Shown piece after piece: positions 51,033-64,000 of a stretch of 64,000 nt of DNA. The position numbers and the translations under genes were made by a program. The notes beneath the pieces are model-generated. The model worked only from the letters and a program-made list of their open reading frames with translations. It searched no databases and was not told the DNA's origin. Positions within the stretch are counted from its first letter, which is position 1. Every line of letters starts with the position of its first letter. This stretch comes from the human T2T-CHM13v2.0 reference genome, Homo sapiens, in the NCBI RefSeq assembly GCF_009914755.1, contig NC_060927.1. The stretch is one strand, 5' to 3'.

Positions 51033-52603
51033 CGGATGCCACTGAAATCTTAAAACCAAAGATTAGCACATGCCTTCTGACTGGACCACTAGATGCTCTT
51101 TCTTGTTGCAGCTGTCATCCCTCTAGTCACCCGCTCTCTCCCACTTCATTCACACATTAATGAAAGATTAGTTTGGAGCAATACGAATGCTTACAGAAAA
51201 CCCCAAGCAGATATGCACAGGCATAAACAAGTTCACTTGCTCTCACCCTGACATGAATGGACAGCAAATAGTTTCCTTTCATTTATGAATTCAGATCATC
51301 TTATTTCATATTCTGTAGAGTAAGAAAAAAAACTTAACCCAGAGGAAAGATTCCTCTCTCCCATTGCAGACTTATTGAATGAAATTACCCTTTATCTCCC
51401 AAAGTTAAGAGGAGTGTACTGCTATGAATTCTATAGAGAAGACATACACACACACACGCATGCATACACACATACACACAAATGAAATGGAAGAAAACTG
51501 TGCAACTACTACATCTGGATCATACAAAGGAGATCATCATCCTCGTTTTATTTGTCAGTGGTTCATGGCCTCTCACATAGTGGATAGCACGATTAAAATT
51601 AAAATATCATGGATTTTTAATTATTTATCTCTAAAGCAGCTTGTCCCAGGATGAAAAAAAAATTATCTTAATGTTTTTCTCTTTCCCCTACTATGTGTGT
51701 GCCATCTTCCCCTCTCTTTTCCTCTGCCATAGGGACACGGGGAGCCATGTGTCGAGGCAGTGGCCTCACACATTGCAGGAACCAGAATCCCCACATCACT
51801 CTCACGAAGGAGAGTGGCCCTGGAGACTCATCTGGCACACATTTGATATTGTATGAGCAAGAAATAAATCATTACTGTATACATTAAGATTGGGAGCTGG
51901 TATTATAGCTTCAAACAACCACCACCGAAAAAGCCTATTCTTATGAAGTATTGAGGCATACGAGTATGCTGATAGAAATGATTCTCCAGAAAGCAGGAGG
52001 GCATTGATGCAGGAGGTCGGGGACACAATTGCAGGAGCAGTTTCCTTCAGTAGGCAATCCAGAGCACAAGCAAACAGCTTGCCTTAGCTGGACATGTGAA
52101 TGATTCATTCACTTTACAGACAAGATGTCAGAGTATGAGAGTTCAGAAGGCGGGAAGTTAGTAGATTTGGTGGAGGCAGAATCATGCACTCTTTTTTGAT
52201 TCCTTCTATTTTGGCCTAGAAAAAGAAGCAAATCATCAGCTAAGAATTTAGAGGGGATTGGAAGTCAGAGGACCAAGAAGATGGTCTAAACCAGCCTTCT
52301 CAGGGAACAGGAGAGGGAAGGATTAGAGAAATGTTGAAAATGAGATGGCCCGGCATGGACTGCATGGGGGTTGTTTTCTTTTAGCCATGCTTAGCTGCTC
52401 GGCTATAGGCTTTATCTAAGAGGAGAGTTAGATATACTAATGGTGGAAGTTTTGCCAGACAAGAGTTATAACATATAGCAGAGAGATAAGGGACCAGAAA
52501 AAAAAAAAAAAGAAGAAGTGTAGAAAACCACTATTATTCTTTTGACCACGAAATGTGAGCTGAGAAGGGGAGGTAAGAACACAAGGATATTAGAGGAGTG
52601 TAC

Positions 52604-53335
52604 TGTACTAGTTTGCTAGGGCTGCTATAACAAAGGATCAGAGATTGGGTGGCTTAGACAACAGAAATTTATTCTGAAGTCTAGAAGCCCAAGATCAAGG
52701 TGCCAGCAGGGTTGGTCCTAAGTCATTCTCCTTGGCTTGTAAATAGCTATTGTGTCAGTCTGTTGTCACACTGCTGATAAAGACATACCCAAGACTGGGT
52801 AATTTATAAAGAAAAAGAGGTATAATGGACTCACAGTTCCACATGGATGGGGAGGCCTCACAGTCATGGCAGAAGGTGAAGGGCATGCCTTAAATGGTGG
52901 CAGGCAAGAAAGAGAATGAGAACCAAACAAAAGGTGAAACCCCTTAGAAAACCACCAAATCTTGTGAGACTTATTCACTACCACAAGAACAGTATGGGGG
53001 AAACTGTCCCCATGATTCAATTATCTCCCACCAGGTCCCTCCAACAACATGTGGGAATTATGGGAGCTACAATTCAAGATGAGATTTGGCTGGGGACACA
53101 GCCAAATCATATCTGCCATCTTCTTCCAGTATCTTCACATGATCTCCCCTCTGTGCCTTAATTTCTTCTTCTTATAAGAACAACAGTCACTTGGATTAGG
53201 GCTCACTCTAATGCCCTCATTTCAGCTTAAGTACCTTTTTAAAAACCCTATTTCCAAATGTGGTCACATTCTGAAGTACCGGGGCTTAGGACTTAACCAT
53301 ATAAATTTGGGAAAGACACAATTCAGCCCATAACA
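52604..53335 (-). mobile_element. MaLR solo LTR (MLT1B/C-like) split by THE1
   Basis: tgtactagtttgctagggctgctataacaaag (left part) and ttggattagggctcactctaatg...cacaattcagcccataaca (right part). Confidence 0.85.
52751..53114 (-). mobile_element. THE1 (THE1B-like) solo LTR
   Basis: cacactgctgataaagacatacccaagactggg...caattcaagatgagatttgg; 5-bp TSD GCTAT/GCCAT. Confidence 0.9.
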
Positions 53336-53949
53336 ATGGGGTTAAGAGGGAAAAACAAAAAGTGATGGCTAGTAAGTAAGATGCTATTAATTGAGGTTTC
53401 AGAGGTAAAGGTCTAGAGGATGATCAAGAGAATAGGTGTCAGAGGTAAGTAAAAGGCAAAACATTTTGAAGGGAAGAGGTCAAGAACAAGGTATGAGAAG
53501 AATTGTACTCATGGCTATTGAAATCACCAAGACAAATGACAGAGACATGAAGGAGAAAAATGCAGTAAATCAAAATATACTGAGTGCTAAAATGTTCCAT
53601 TAACACGTGGCTGCAGAGGGAAGGAAGGATGACAGATGTCTGTGACAGGAAGGGGATCCGATGGTGCAGTCAGATGGTATGAGCTTTAAGGGAAATGAGG
53701 AGATGTTGGGGAAAAGTGAAGAAAGCCAGAGAAAACCTTATTCTGGGAGAAGTGAGAAACAAAGGATGTACTATCATACCTTCAAGAGCCCAGAAGCACC
53801 TGGGATGCAGGGGGAAACAGAGCCATCATTTGAGAGCTACAGGGGAAGCAGTGACCTTAGGAAAAGCCAATTTTACTTAGAACAAGAAGTCGAAGTGAAA
53901 TTTATGAGCAGAGATTGAAGATGGGGAATTTTTCAATCTCAAAGACAGA

Positions 53950-54370
53950 TACTACTAATATCATTCCCCTACTCTTTTAGCCATGGGGAAGAGAGGATTT
54001 CTCAGCCCCCTTGTTCTTAGGCAAGGTCATCTGAATATTTCTGGCACAGAAATGTAAGAAATGACATGTGTCACTTCTAGGCTGAGACAGTGACAAACCC
54101 ATGAGCAAGTCTCCCATTTCACTCTTACCCTGTTGAGGCCACCAAGAAGGCTTCATTTCCAGATGTTTTTGACAGAAGATTGTGAAGCCCTTGTCAGCTT
54201 TATCTCTGGGTGATTCTGGAGTACCGACTCCCTGCCAACCAATGTGGAATATAAAGTGAAAAATAAACCTTTGTTTTATAAGGAACCAGTAGTGTTTTAG
54301 GGTGCTGTGTGTTTGTGTGTGTGTGCTTGATTTGCTACTATAGTAAAATCTAGCTTCTTCTCATTTGTAC
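53950..54370 (+). mobile_element. Old MaLR LTR (MLT1J-like)
   Basis: gaaatgacatgtgtcacttctaggctgag...aaataaacctttgttt. Confidence 0.55.
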
Positions 54371-56522
54371 ACACACTGTGAATTCCAGAATATACAGTAG
54401 AATTGCTGGGAAGGGAGGGAGACTGGAACTCATCAGAAATTGTGCACAGCTATATTAAGAAAGTGAGAATAAGGGTCTTAGGGATGGGGCATGAGTGGGA
54501 GGCTTGGATTTTTTTTGCAGTAACTGAGGAAAGTGAGGATGCAGGGCTCAATGACATCCTGGAGAAAGTGATGATTGAGTGCTATTGTAGCCTCCTTCAG
54601 TGGGTCTCTTGGGCACTTTGTGGTGGAGAGATGGGGAAAGTGATCAGGAGTGAGGGGCACAGATGACGCAACAAGGAGTACACAGGTGGCTCCTTCCACC
54701 TCCAATATCCTGTGTCTGGCAAAAGGAAGATGTTACCATGATGTTAATAGTAAAGGAGATTCTTACAGAACTAAGGCTCCTTGGAACACATACTGGAAAA
54801 TTCAAGTCTAGAAGCATATGGAATTAAGCTTCTGTGTGATTTGATATCAATCAGTCATAGGGTCTCTTGAAAATAAGAAAATGTGAGAACATCATAAAAA
54901 GTTTGTTTTGTGTGTGGAGAATATCATTTTCATGGCAGGTCATCTCTCAGGTAGGTCTTTTTCCATTTAAAGAGGGAAGCTTCCTGCACAAAAGACATGC
55001 TTCCATTTCACCTATAAAGTAACAAATGAACTAAATGGGACCACAAGACTACACGAAACCAATTATCCAATGTCCAGGCCTCTTAGGTGAGCCAAATAAT
55101 AGGTTAGAGGGCAGACAAGTCCAGAGATAAACAGAGTGTAGTATCAGGCAATGCAAAGAAAGAAAACACAAAGGATACAAGAAAAAAAGTGGATGGTGAT
55201 GAAGCAGACAAGGCTAAAATCTAAAAATGAAGGGCTAGAATGGAGAGGAGGGAGAAGCAGTAGTATTAAGACATACAGTAGCAAGACATGGAGCAGACAG
55301 CTTCCTTCAGTGAAGATGCTTAGGAGAGGAATCACAGAGTCACAAAGAATAACATAAGAAAAGAAGCAGGAAAGTTAGGAAATTGCCATCGGGAAGTTGC
55401 AAGTCCTCCCAACCTCTACCCATTGCACAAACTCCATCCAAAAGAAAAGACTAGGTGACAGGGATCAAAAGAACATCAATGGAAACAGGGACATAATGAG
55501 GCACAACAAGGGCCACAGGCTCCAGAAAAAGGCCAAACTCCCTGAACCTTAGCTTTCTTCTTCAAATGATCTTAACTTCTGTGTTCCTCAATCTCCTCGT
55601 CTGTAAAATGGCTATGACAATTGTATTCACTGCCTAGAGTTGTTGTAAGAACAAAATGAAATGGCACCTACAAAGAGACAACATGTATGCTAAATAGAGA
55701 ATGTTGTGAAGGATAATTCTCATTCCTAGAAAGCAAGACGGAAATGTTGAAGAATCCTTGGATGGCTAGAGAATATCTGCCAGCTCTTAATATGAGAAAA
55801 GATTTTTGGTCTAACTTACACTCAGCCTTGTGTATTTTATGTTTCATTCAACTCCACAGTAAGTTCAGTTAATAGTCTACCTACAGGGTAAATATCCTCT
55901 TCTGCTACAAAGCTAAGTAAAGAACACTAAAATTATACTGAGAAATGGAGAATGCCTAAATTCCAGTGGACCCTAATGATCATCTGATCATTAGCCTGGA
56001 GCCCAGGGCAAAAAACAACCTCTGATTATGCCAGCCTACTCCCCCACCTACTGGCAGGAACACTTGAATGTATGTGTTTAGGAGGCTCTTTAAACTATTG
56101 ACGCCCTTCCTCCTCTGCCTCAAAAAAAAAAAAAAAAAAAAAGCACCACTATCAGTACAGACAAGATGAGGCACAAGGCAGGAGGACCACCTGTGTGGAC
56201 AGGGCTACTGTGGGACCACTCCTTAAGTCTGTACTTTTCTAGGAGGAGCAAACCCAGGTGAAGTCTCTTTAAGGCCAGGGCTGACACCTACATCTGTGAG
56301 TACAGTGGATACACAGCACCCACTACAAGCTCTCACATAAATCTGTGGCAACTCTTGGCTGATTGGTGAATTTTTTTAATGGATAATAGTTTGTGGATTA
56401 TGCATAGTCCCACAAGTTGTGCTAACTCTTTTCTATTCCTTTGGTTCAAAAACGGTTATTAAAAACTTTCTATATCCCAGGCTGTGCCTGAAATAAGGCC
56501 TGACGTTACAAAGGCAAGAAGG

Positions 56523-56936
56523 TGCCATGTTAGTTTGCTAATGCTCCCATAACAAAGTGCCACAGACTGGATGGCTTAAACAACAAAAATTTATTTCCTC
56601 ACATTTCTAGAGGCTGGAAGTCCAAGCGGAAGGTGCCAGCAGGGGTGGTTCCTTCTGAGGAAGGAGGGTCATGGGGAAAGGATCTGACGGAGGCCTCCCT
56701 CCTCGGCTTCTAGATGGCTATCTTCTTCTTATGTCTTTCCATATCTTCCCTCTATGTGTGTCTGCATCAAATTTCCTTTTCTTACAAGGACACCAGTCCA
56801 TATTGGATTAGGGCCCTCCCTAATGGCCTCATTAACCCTGTGAAGACCTATCTCCAAATATGGTCAAATTTGAGGGTTAGAACTTCAAAATGTAAATTTG
56901 AGTGTTCGGGAAGCATTACAATTCAGCATATAGCAG
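56523..56936 (-). mobile_element. MaLR solo LTR (MLT1C-like)
   Basis: cataacaaagtgccacagactggatggcttaaacaac...aaggacaccagtccatattggattagggcc...caattcagcatatagca. Confidence 0.85.
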
Positions 56937-58241
56937 ATGCATTCCTTGTTTCAGGATGCTCATATTCAGTTGTTCACTGACATGCCCTGAGAAAGGCCTG
57001 GGAAGGCAAAAATTGTGATGCTATCCAGCACTTGCCATGACATAGTCCTACCGCCCACCGGTGAGCTCACCTTTTAAATATTGAAACTGCATTCACAGTA
57101 AGTTCTCTGTTAAGACAATTCTAAGCTTTACTCACTAGCCCCTCTGCCAGAGAATCAGAGAGGCTCTCTATACATTCAAAATCTTGTAGAATTAGAAATT
57201 ATTGTGGCTAAATTTTGCAAAAAGATTGCAAAGTATGTAGGAGATAAAATACTAGTGAAGAAACCAGATGGGTCCATTCTAGAAAGACCAAGTTAGCCAT
57301 GTACTAGCTACACTTCTGTTTTTTCTGTATAATTCTCACAAAGCCAGCTTATTCTTCACAGGACTGTTCTCTGTTCTTTGTTTCCAACCGAGACTGGGTC
57401 CCCACAGCCCAGAGTCCAAGAACAAAGGTCTACATACATAAACAAATTTCTGCTTAAGTAATATGATTGCATATTCAACCAAAGACATAAATATCTTAAG
57501 GCCAACTACTCCTACTCTGCTAATTCAGTGAATGATATTTATACAATGTTATGAAGAGCCACTTAGCTACCAAAAAAACCATTCCATTTGTACATAGCAT
57601 CCCATTTCAGCTAAGCTTATAAAGTTCACTCGCTTGCTGCAGATCAGCTGCTTGTAAAGTTTAGGGTCAATTTCTGCTTCTCCCTGAGCAATGTCAAAAA
57701 GTAATGGAGGGAAACCTGGAGTCTGAGTGAGGAAGTCAGCCTCATTCTTTCCTTTCATTTTCATAAATACATGCATTGAAGAGGAACTTAGGATCTATTT
57801 ATTTTACAATTACAAAGGCTAACAGAGCCTCTTTAAATTGTTTTGGTCCATGAAACCTAAATTTCTAACTATTCTACTAGACACATAATGTTTAAAGCAG
57901 GTTGGAGATTACTATTCTATGGTCACCTTATTATATTGTACATATTACATGAGCAGACCAAATTGACCAACTTCCCTTTTCCCCAGCAGATTCGTATCAT
58001 TATCTTAAATATCCTGTTTCAATTAATAACATAAAAATCTTTCCAGCTACCCAAAGGAGACGTCTTTCTTTCTTTCATGAAACTATCTTTCATGCTTCTC
58101 TTTCCTATGCTTTCCATATCTATTCAATCCTCAACTTCTTTTCACACTACCATGCTCATTCAACTTTATTAGCTTAGTATTACAGGCCAGGAACTGAGCT
58201 AAGCATTGGAGAAATAAAGACACTAAGAAATGGTCCCTTCT

Positions 58242-58533
58242 TATTTTATTTTATTTTTTTAGAGACAGGGCCTTACTCTGTCACCCAGGCTAGAGTGCAG
58301 TGGTTCAATCATAGCTCGCTGCAACATCAAACTCAGCTCAAGTGATCCTCCTACCTTGGCCTTACAAGTAGCCAGGACTAACAGCGCACCACCACCACCA
58401 CATCTGGCCAGTGTTTTATTTTTCTACAGAGTCTTGCTATGTTGCCCAGGCTGGTCTCAAACTCCTGGTCTTAAGCAATCCTCCTGCCTCAGCCTCAGTC
58501 TGGGTCTACAGGTGTCAGCTACCATGCCAGGCC
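58242..58533 (-). mobile_element. AluJ (Jo-like)
   Basis: Diverged antisense Alu; TSD AGAAATGGTCCCTTCT at 58226-58241 and 58535-58550. Confidence 0.92.
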
Positions 58534-58657
58534 TAGAAATGGTCCCTTCTATTGAAAGCTCATAGTGTAGTTGGAAAGGAAAGTCAATTATCATCTACAT
58601 GATGGAGCCATGATCAAACTATATTCTGGGTGTTTGGGGAGCTCAGAAGCAATATTC

Positions 58658-58981
58658 TTTTTTTTTATATACTTTAAGTTCTAGGGTACATGTGCACAAC
58701 GTGCAGGTTTGTTACATATGTATACATGTGCCATGTTGGAGTGCTGCACCCATTACCTCGTCATTTACATTAGGTATATCTCCTAATGCTACCCCTCCCC
58801 ACTCCCCACACCCCACAACAGGCCCCGGTGTGTGATGTTCCCCTTCCTGTGTCCAGGTGTTCTCATTGTTCAATTCCCACCTATGAGTGAGAACATGCGG
58901 TGTTTGGTTTTTTCTCCTTGCGATAGTTTGCTGAGAATGATGGTTTCCATCTTCATCCATGTCTCTACAAAGGACATGAAC
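58658..58981 (-). mobile_element. 5'-truncated young L1PA (PA4/5-like) 3' end
   Basis: tatactttaagttctagggtacatgtgcacaacgtgcagg...; short TSD ATTCTT at 58654 and 58982. Confidence 0.92.
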
Positions 58982-59559
58982 ATTCTTAAACGGAGCTTTA
59001 AAGAACAAAAGAATTAGGGCTACACTGGGGCAGAGGAAGGAGGCAGGGGGCAGTGTGGAGAGGTAATTCAAAGAATATGAAAATGCACACACACCGAGCT
59101 TGAGGAGATACTAAACTGCCAGGGTGGCTGGAACAGAGTCTGAAGTGAACTAGCAAGACATAAAATTGCAATAAAGCAGGGAGTGGATCATGCAGTACCT
59201 TGTGTCTGAAGTTATGAGTGATCCATTAAAGGCTTCTAAGTAATGACACAATCAGATACCTTTCCTAAAAAGCCTACCCCTGCTGCATTGGGTAGGTTAG
59301 AGTGAATGGGTAAGTGTAGGAATACTGAGGGAGGGAAATCAGATAGAAATTACTGGATAAATGTAGAAGGAAGAAAAAGAAAATTATGTTAACCTGTGGC
59401 CTCCATTCTCCCCAGCATCGGCTATAAATAAGGGCTAAAAAGGGTAAAAGATTTTTGTGAAAATCAGAACATCAATACATAAAATTGGATGTGCAGTGGC
59501 TATTTCAATCATTGTATTAGTTACCAAAATAGCCATAGAAACACCATATTGAATAATGC

Positions 59560-59800
59560 TGGTAGTATAGTATAATGATTAAAATATGGATATTGGCATG
59601 AAACAGATCTTGGTCTAAAGCTATCATTAATACAGACTTAAGCTAAATCAATGATACTGAACCTCACTACACCTCACTTTCTTTATCAAGCAAGTGAGAT
59701 AAAAATCATATCAACCTATTAGAGTCATTGTAAGGAATAAATGGGCTAATTCATGCCCTTAGCACGGTACCAGGCACATGGTAAGCCACCTATAAAGAGA
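59560..59800 (+). mobile_element. MIR
   Basis: tagtatagtataatgatt...acctcactttctttatc...cttagcacggtaccaggcacatggtaag. Confidence 0.65.
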
Positions 59801-61012
59801 GGCTAATTGTATACCAGTTTGTGCCTGTAATAAACCTGCAATTAAATGATGAGGAGAGTCCTGGGCTGAAACATCTGTGTCTATTATTAATAGTTATTTA
59901 ACTAAAATGAATGACTACATATGTCTGCATTTCCATTTTCTCTGATCAATTGAGACAAGATTCTTGTCCTATTTAGGTAATAAAGTTGATTTTTATATGA
60001 GAGAATATGTGTGAAAGCAGTTGGAATATTCTGAAGTGATGAATACATGTAAGGCATTATGGTCTGTCTTTGGTAAATTTTACTCTGGGTAGCCCTGGCC
60101 ACATAGAGATAATTATGAGCTGCAGCATAGAAACAGTGCCAGAAGAACACTGGACTCAGATGAGGGGCCCTGAACTCTAGCCCCAGGAGTGCCACTAACC
60201 TTGACCCAGGGCCAGCCACTTACCAGCTTAGAGCCTTTACTTTCTTGTCAACAACTTAAAGGAGTGAGTTCCATACCCTCTAAACCATTTTATTGCAGTT
60301 CCAATGGTCTAATTCCCTTCTTCACTAAGACAACTTTAACGTTCAATATTCAACATATTTCTCTAGGCCATAAACTCCACTGAAATGAAGCAATGATAGG
60401 ATTTACTACGGTTCAAGAATCTTTCTAACCCAGAGTCATTGCAATCTCACATTATTTAATTTTTCATATGCTTTAATCTGTTCTGGCATTCAGAAATGAG
60501 CAGATTAAATACAATTATCCCACCAGAACACAGTTATCAGGCTTCACCCTAATAAGGATTTATGTAACCACTTTTAATTAAAAAAAAAAAAGATTCTAAA
60601 GGAGCTGGTAACAAAACTTGGCAAAAGACAATGAACATGGGACTTATTGTCTATTTTTTACTATTTTCCAAACAAATATATAGTTATTTGCTATTATTCC
60701 CTGTTGTTCAAGTTTCACCTGACTGAAACAGATTGGCTTTTTCCATAGGCAATATAATCAGAAAGGTTAAAAAGGGAAAAGGCCAAGGATTGATAATGCT
60801 GTGAAAAATTATTTTTCTGGATGATTCAGTAGGACACCAAACTCATCCATTATGTTCTGAGGTTCAAGAGCCCAAACTTTAAACCCAGTGGAAAACTGTC
60901 TAAGATTTTATTGCTGTTGATATTGATGCTTATTTTGAGTTGTTTCTCTAATGAAAATCACTGTCCCTAAAAGAAAAAAGTTGCAAAAGAGTTCATTTAA
61001 AGTAGAGTTCCT

Positions 61013-61562
<550 letters not shown>

Positions 61563-63570
61563 CTCATATAAACTTGCCCAGTTCCAAACCTGTATCACCG
61601 CACCTGTCATTGTCACATTGAGAACATCTTTGATTGATTATAATATGACACAAGTAGTTATGAATAGAGAAAGGAAGTTTTCTTAAAATGACTCCTTCTT
61701 AGGAGGAGTGATCAAATGCAAAACCTCTAGGACAACAGCCAAGACACCTTCCATTGCATGAGTTTTTATTCACAAAAAAAATTTTCTAGGACTCTCAGCA
61801 CCCCATGAAGGACATGGAAAGCAAGAGGTTTGAGGTACAAAAGGTGGGTGTGCATGTGTGTTTCTTTTAATCTCTATCTCCTGTTTTAGTATATAGAATC
61901 TAATAAGCTCTTTTTATTTTTCTTTCCTTTTTTCTTCCTTCTTTTCTTCTTAATGATCTCTTCTTATGTGTTTTCTCTATATGCCTTTAACTTTCTCCCA
62001 AAAAACAATCTTGGAAGATAAAATTGGTGATTAAAAAAATGTCTGGAAGGAAACACAGGAAATTATCAGAGCATTTATCTCTGGAAAGGGCAGGCTAGGT
62101 GGGTCGAGGTCACTAGACTTATGTATACTGTATTATCTTCCATGCTGTTTAACCATTTTACAACTGGCATGAATCTGTTTTCAAGTTTAAAGAACTGGTT
62201 ATCAAAATAAGTTTAAATTATGATTTGCATAGATAATATGTGGGGTAACATGGTTGTAAATTATAAGACATCTGCCAACACTGATTTCCCTTATAGACAA
62301 AAGAGCAGTTACTTGAGACTGTGATTTGGAGGTTTCTAATATTGTTCCTGAATGAGAGTATAGCTACCATTGCCAGTGGTGATGCAGAGAAAATGTGATT
62401 GGCATTCAGTAGATAGCAGGTGACCCTAGAGACTGCTGCATATAATACAACCCTGGGTTTCTAAATGAAGGTTGGGTAGGGAGATTCCCTGTAGCTCATT
62501 ACTTCTGAGAATGCATTCCTAAATTGTTGAACGATTCACTCTAAAGCCTGGATTGCATTTGCTCTATTCGACAAGGACTTTCACATTATATAGAGTAACT
62601 GGATTAACTATGAGTTCATTGTGAGTCACTAAGAACTATATGACATATAAATGCAAAATAGTTGAAATACATTTTAGCTCCTGATAAATAACCAATGCAT
62701 CATATATGTCTGTGTCAGTTTGGAAGATTCAACATGTATTTATTTAGGGTTTCCTCAGTATCTGGCACTGTGCTGGGCACGATGACACAGTGGTGAACCT
62801 GACAGAGCCTGGCCCCTCCCTCCATGGAGCATACCATTAGTTGAAATGTACAGAGAATTTTAACTTTTTTACTTTACACACTTCTGTATATTTTTCATTT
62901 ACAGTAAGTATTTATTTTCCTTTTATTATTTTAAAAGCAAAAAAAGAAAGATATAATTTATTAAAATACAGCAGGGTATCCATTGGGTTAAAGCCATCAG
63001 GGCCATTAACGCTTTGCAATTTCTGGCTTTAAAGAAGCCTGTTTGGTTTCACTTAAACTATTAACAGCCTGCAGAATTTGTGATCAACACATGTTAGGAA
63101 GCACTAGTGTAGAAAGATAAATAACAAGAATATGATTAAAGAAAATGGATTAATGCTGACCATATAGACAGATTAGGTAGGTAGATAGATGCATACGTAC
63201 ATAGATCGATACACAGATATAGTTAGAAATTCTATCAGTAACTGTACTTCAAATTATTAAACTAATTTTTCAATATAAAATTAGTTTCAAAAATGCCCCT
63301 CAAAAAATTATGTGGTTAAATAAGCTTAGGAAACAGTACACATTAAATAACATATATACACCTCTCTTAGAAAACTGAAATATAATTAGATGGAAATTTT
63401 TTCTCACCAGGACTTCAAAGTGCTTCTTATTTCTACAGAAAGAAGAGGCAAAAAGAGAGAAGAGAGGCAAGGAGAGGCAGAGAAAAGAAAGGGAAAAGGA
63501 AGGGCAAAAAGAAAACACAGCATAGACTGTGTTAAAATTCCAAGGCTGCTGTCAAAAATATTGAGAACAG

Positions 63571-63660
63571 AATATATACATATATATATATATAAAATAA
63601 AGAATATATATATATAAAGCAAATAAAGAATATATATACATATAAAGCAAATAAAGAAAA
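63571..63660. repeat. AT-rich minisatellite (AAATAAAGAATATATATA..TATAAAGC units)
   Basis: About 3 imperfect copies with embedded (TA)n. Confidence 0.85.
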
Positions 63661-64000
63661 AGAAGAAAAAAAGAACTGTGTGGAGTAAAAACACAAAGGA
63701 GTAGAAAAAGAATGAGAACGAATGGATTAATTAATGGGTGGAGAGATAGATGAACACAGAATGATGGATAGACTGACAGATAAGTGGGAAAAGGAGGAAG
63801 GAAAAAGGAAGATTATGGGGCAAAGAGAAGGTATTTTTTGAGTAGCTGCTTCAATGATGGATACAGAAATGTTCTGGCTTGTAATTTACTACATAAACTA
63901 TGTTTATCTCTTCAAGAATACCAGTGATTAAGATCCACATTATTCTTTAAGGTGTCTGAAATCACAGTGGTGAGTTTGGGGAATGCATTGACAGTCACAG

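Larger units (their letters stand above)
51860..54690 (-). mobile_element. Degenerate L2 internal region, interrupted by LTRs
   Basis: Long purine-rich antisense L2-like stretches between the LTRs. Confidence 0.4.
58155..59390 (-). mobile_element. L2 3' fragment (interrupted by AluJ and L1PA)
   Basis: ctcattcaactttattagc antisense tail and continuing L2 body. Confidence 0.55.

Noticed and set aside
56122-56142. Orphan A21 tract as the tail of a processed pseudogene
   Set aside because: No TSD, upstream poly(A) signal or recognisable parent; likewise the A tracts at 3379 and 52498.

Overview
Primate (human-like) AT-rich non-coding DNA, intronic or intergenic. I recognise no protein-coding gene, RNA gene or processed pseudogene. 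The ORF-track hits are Alu, L1 or LTR translations, or chance ORFs. The window is dominated by interspersed repeats: 12 Alus, a dense plus-strand L1 cluster at about 6.6-30.1 kb, several MaLR solo LTRs (MLT1/MST/THE1), L2/MIR relics and a MER20. The most distinctive structure is a three-level nest: an AluY inside an L1PA7/8-like element inside an L1PA13-like element. In the middle L1, about 170 nt of 5'UTR is joined directly and in frame to the ORF2 endonuclease domain. Several neighbouring L1s also show large internal deletions or an inversion, with breakpoints at the same A-rich ORF2 tract. The repeat-poor stretches (about 23.7-28 kb, 30.2-36.9 kb and 43.1-46.1 kb) hold candidate enhancer/CTCF motifs and weak candidate lncRNA exons. 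I find no convincing evidence for a new biological system. Subfamily calls are from recalled consensus sequences, and boundaries of old elements are approximate.
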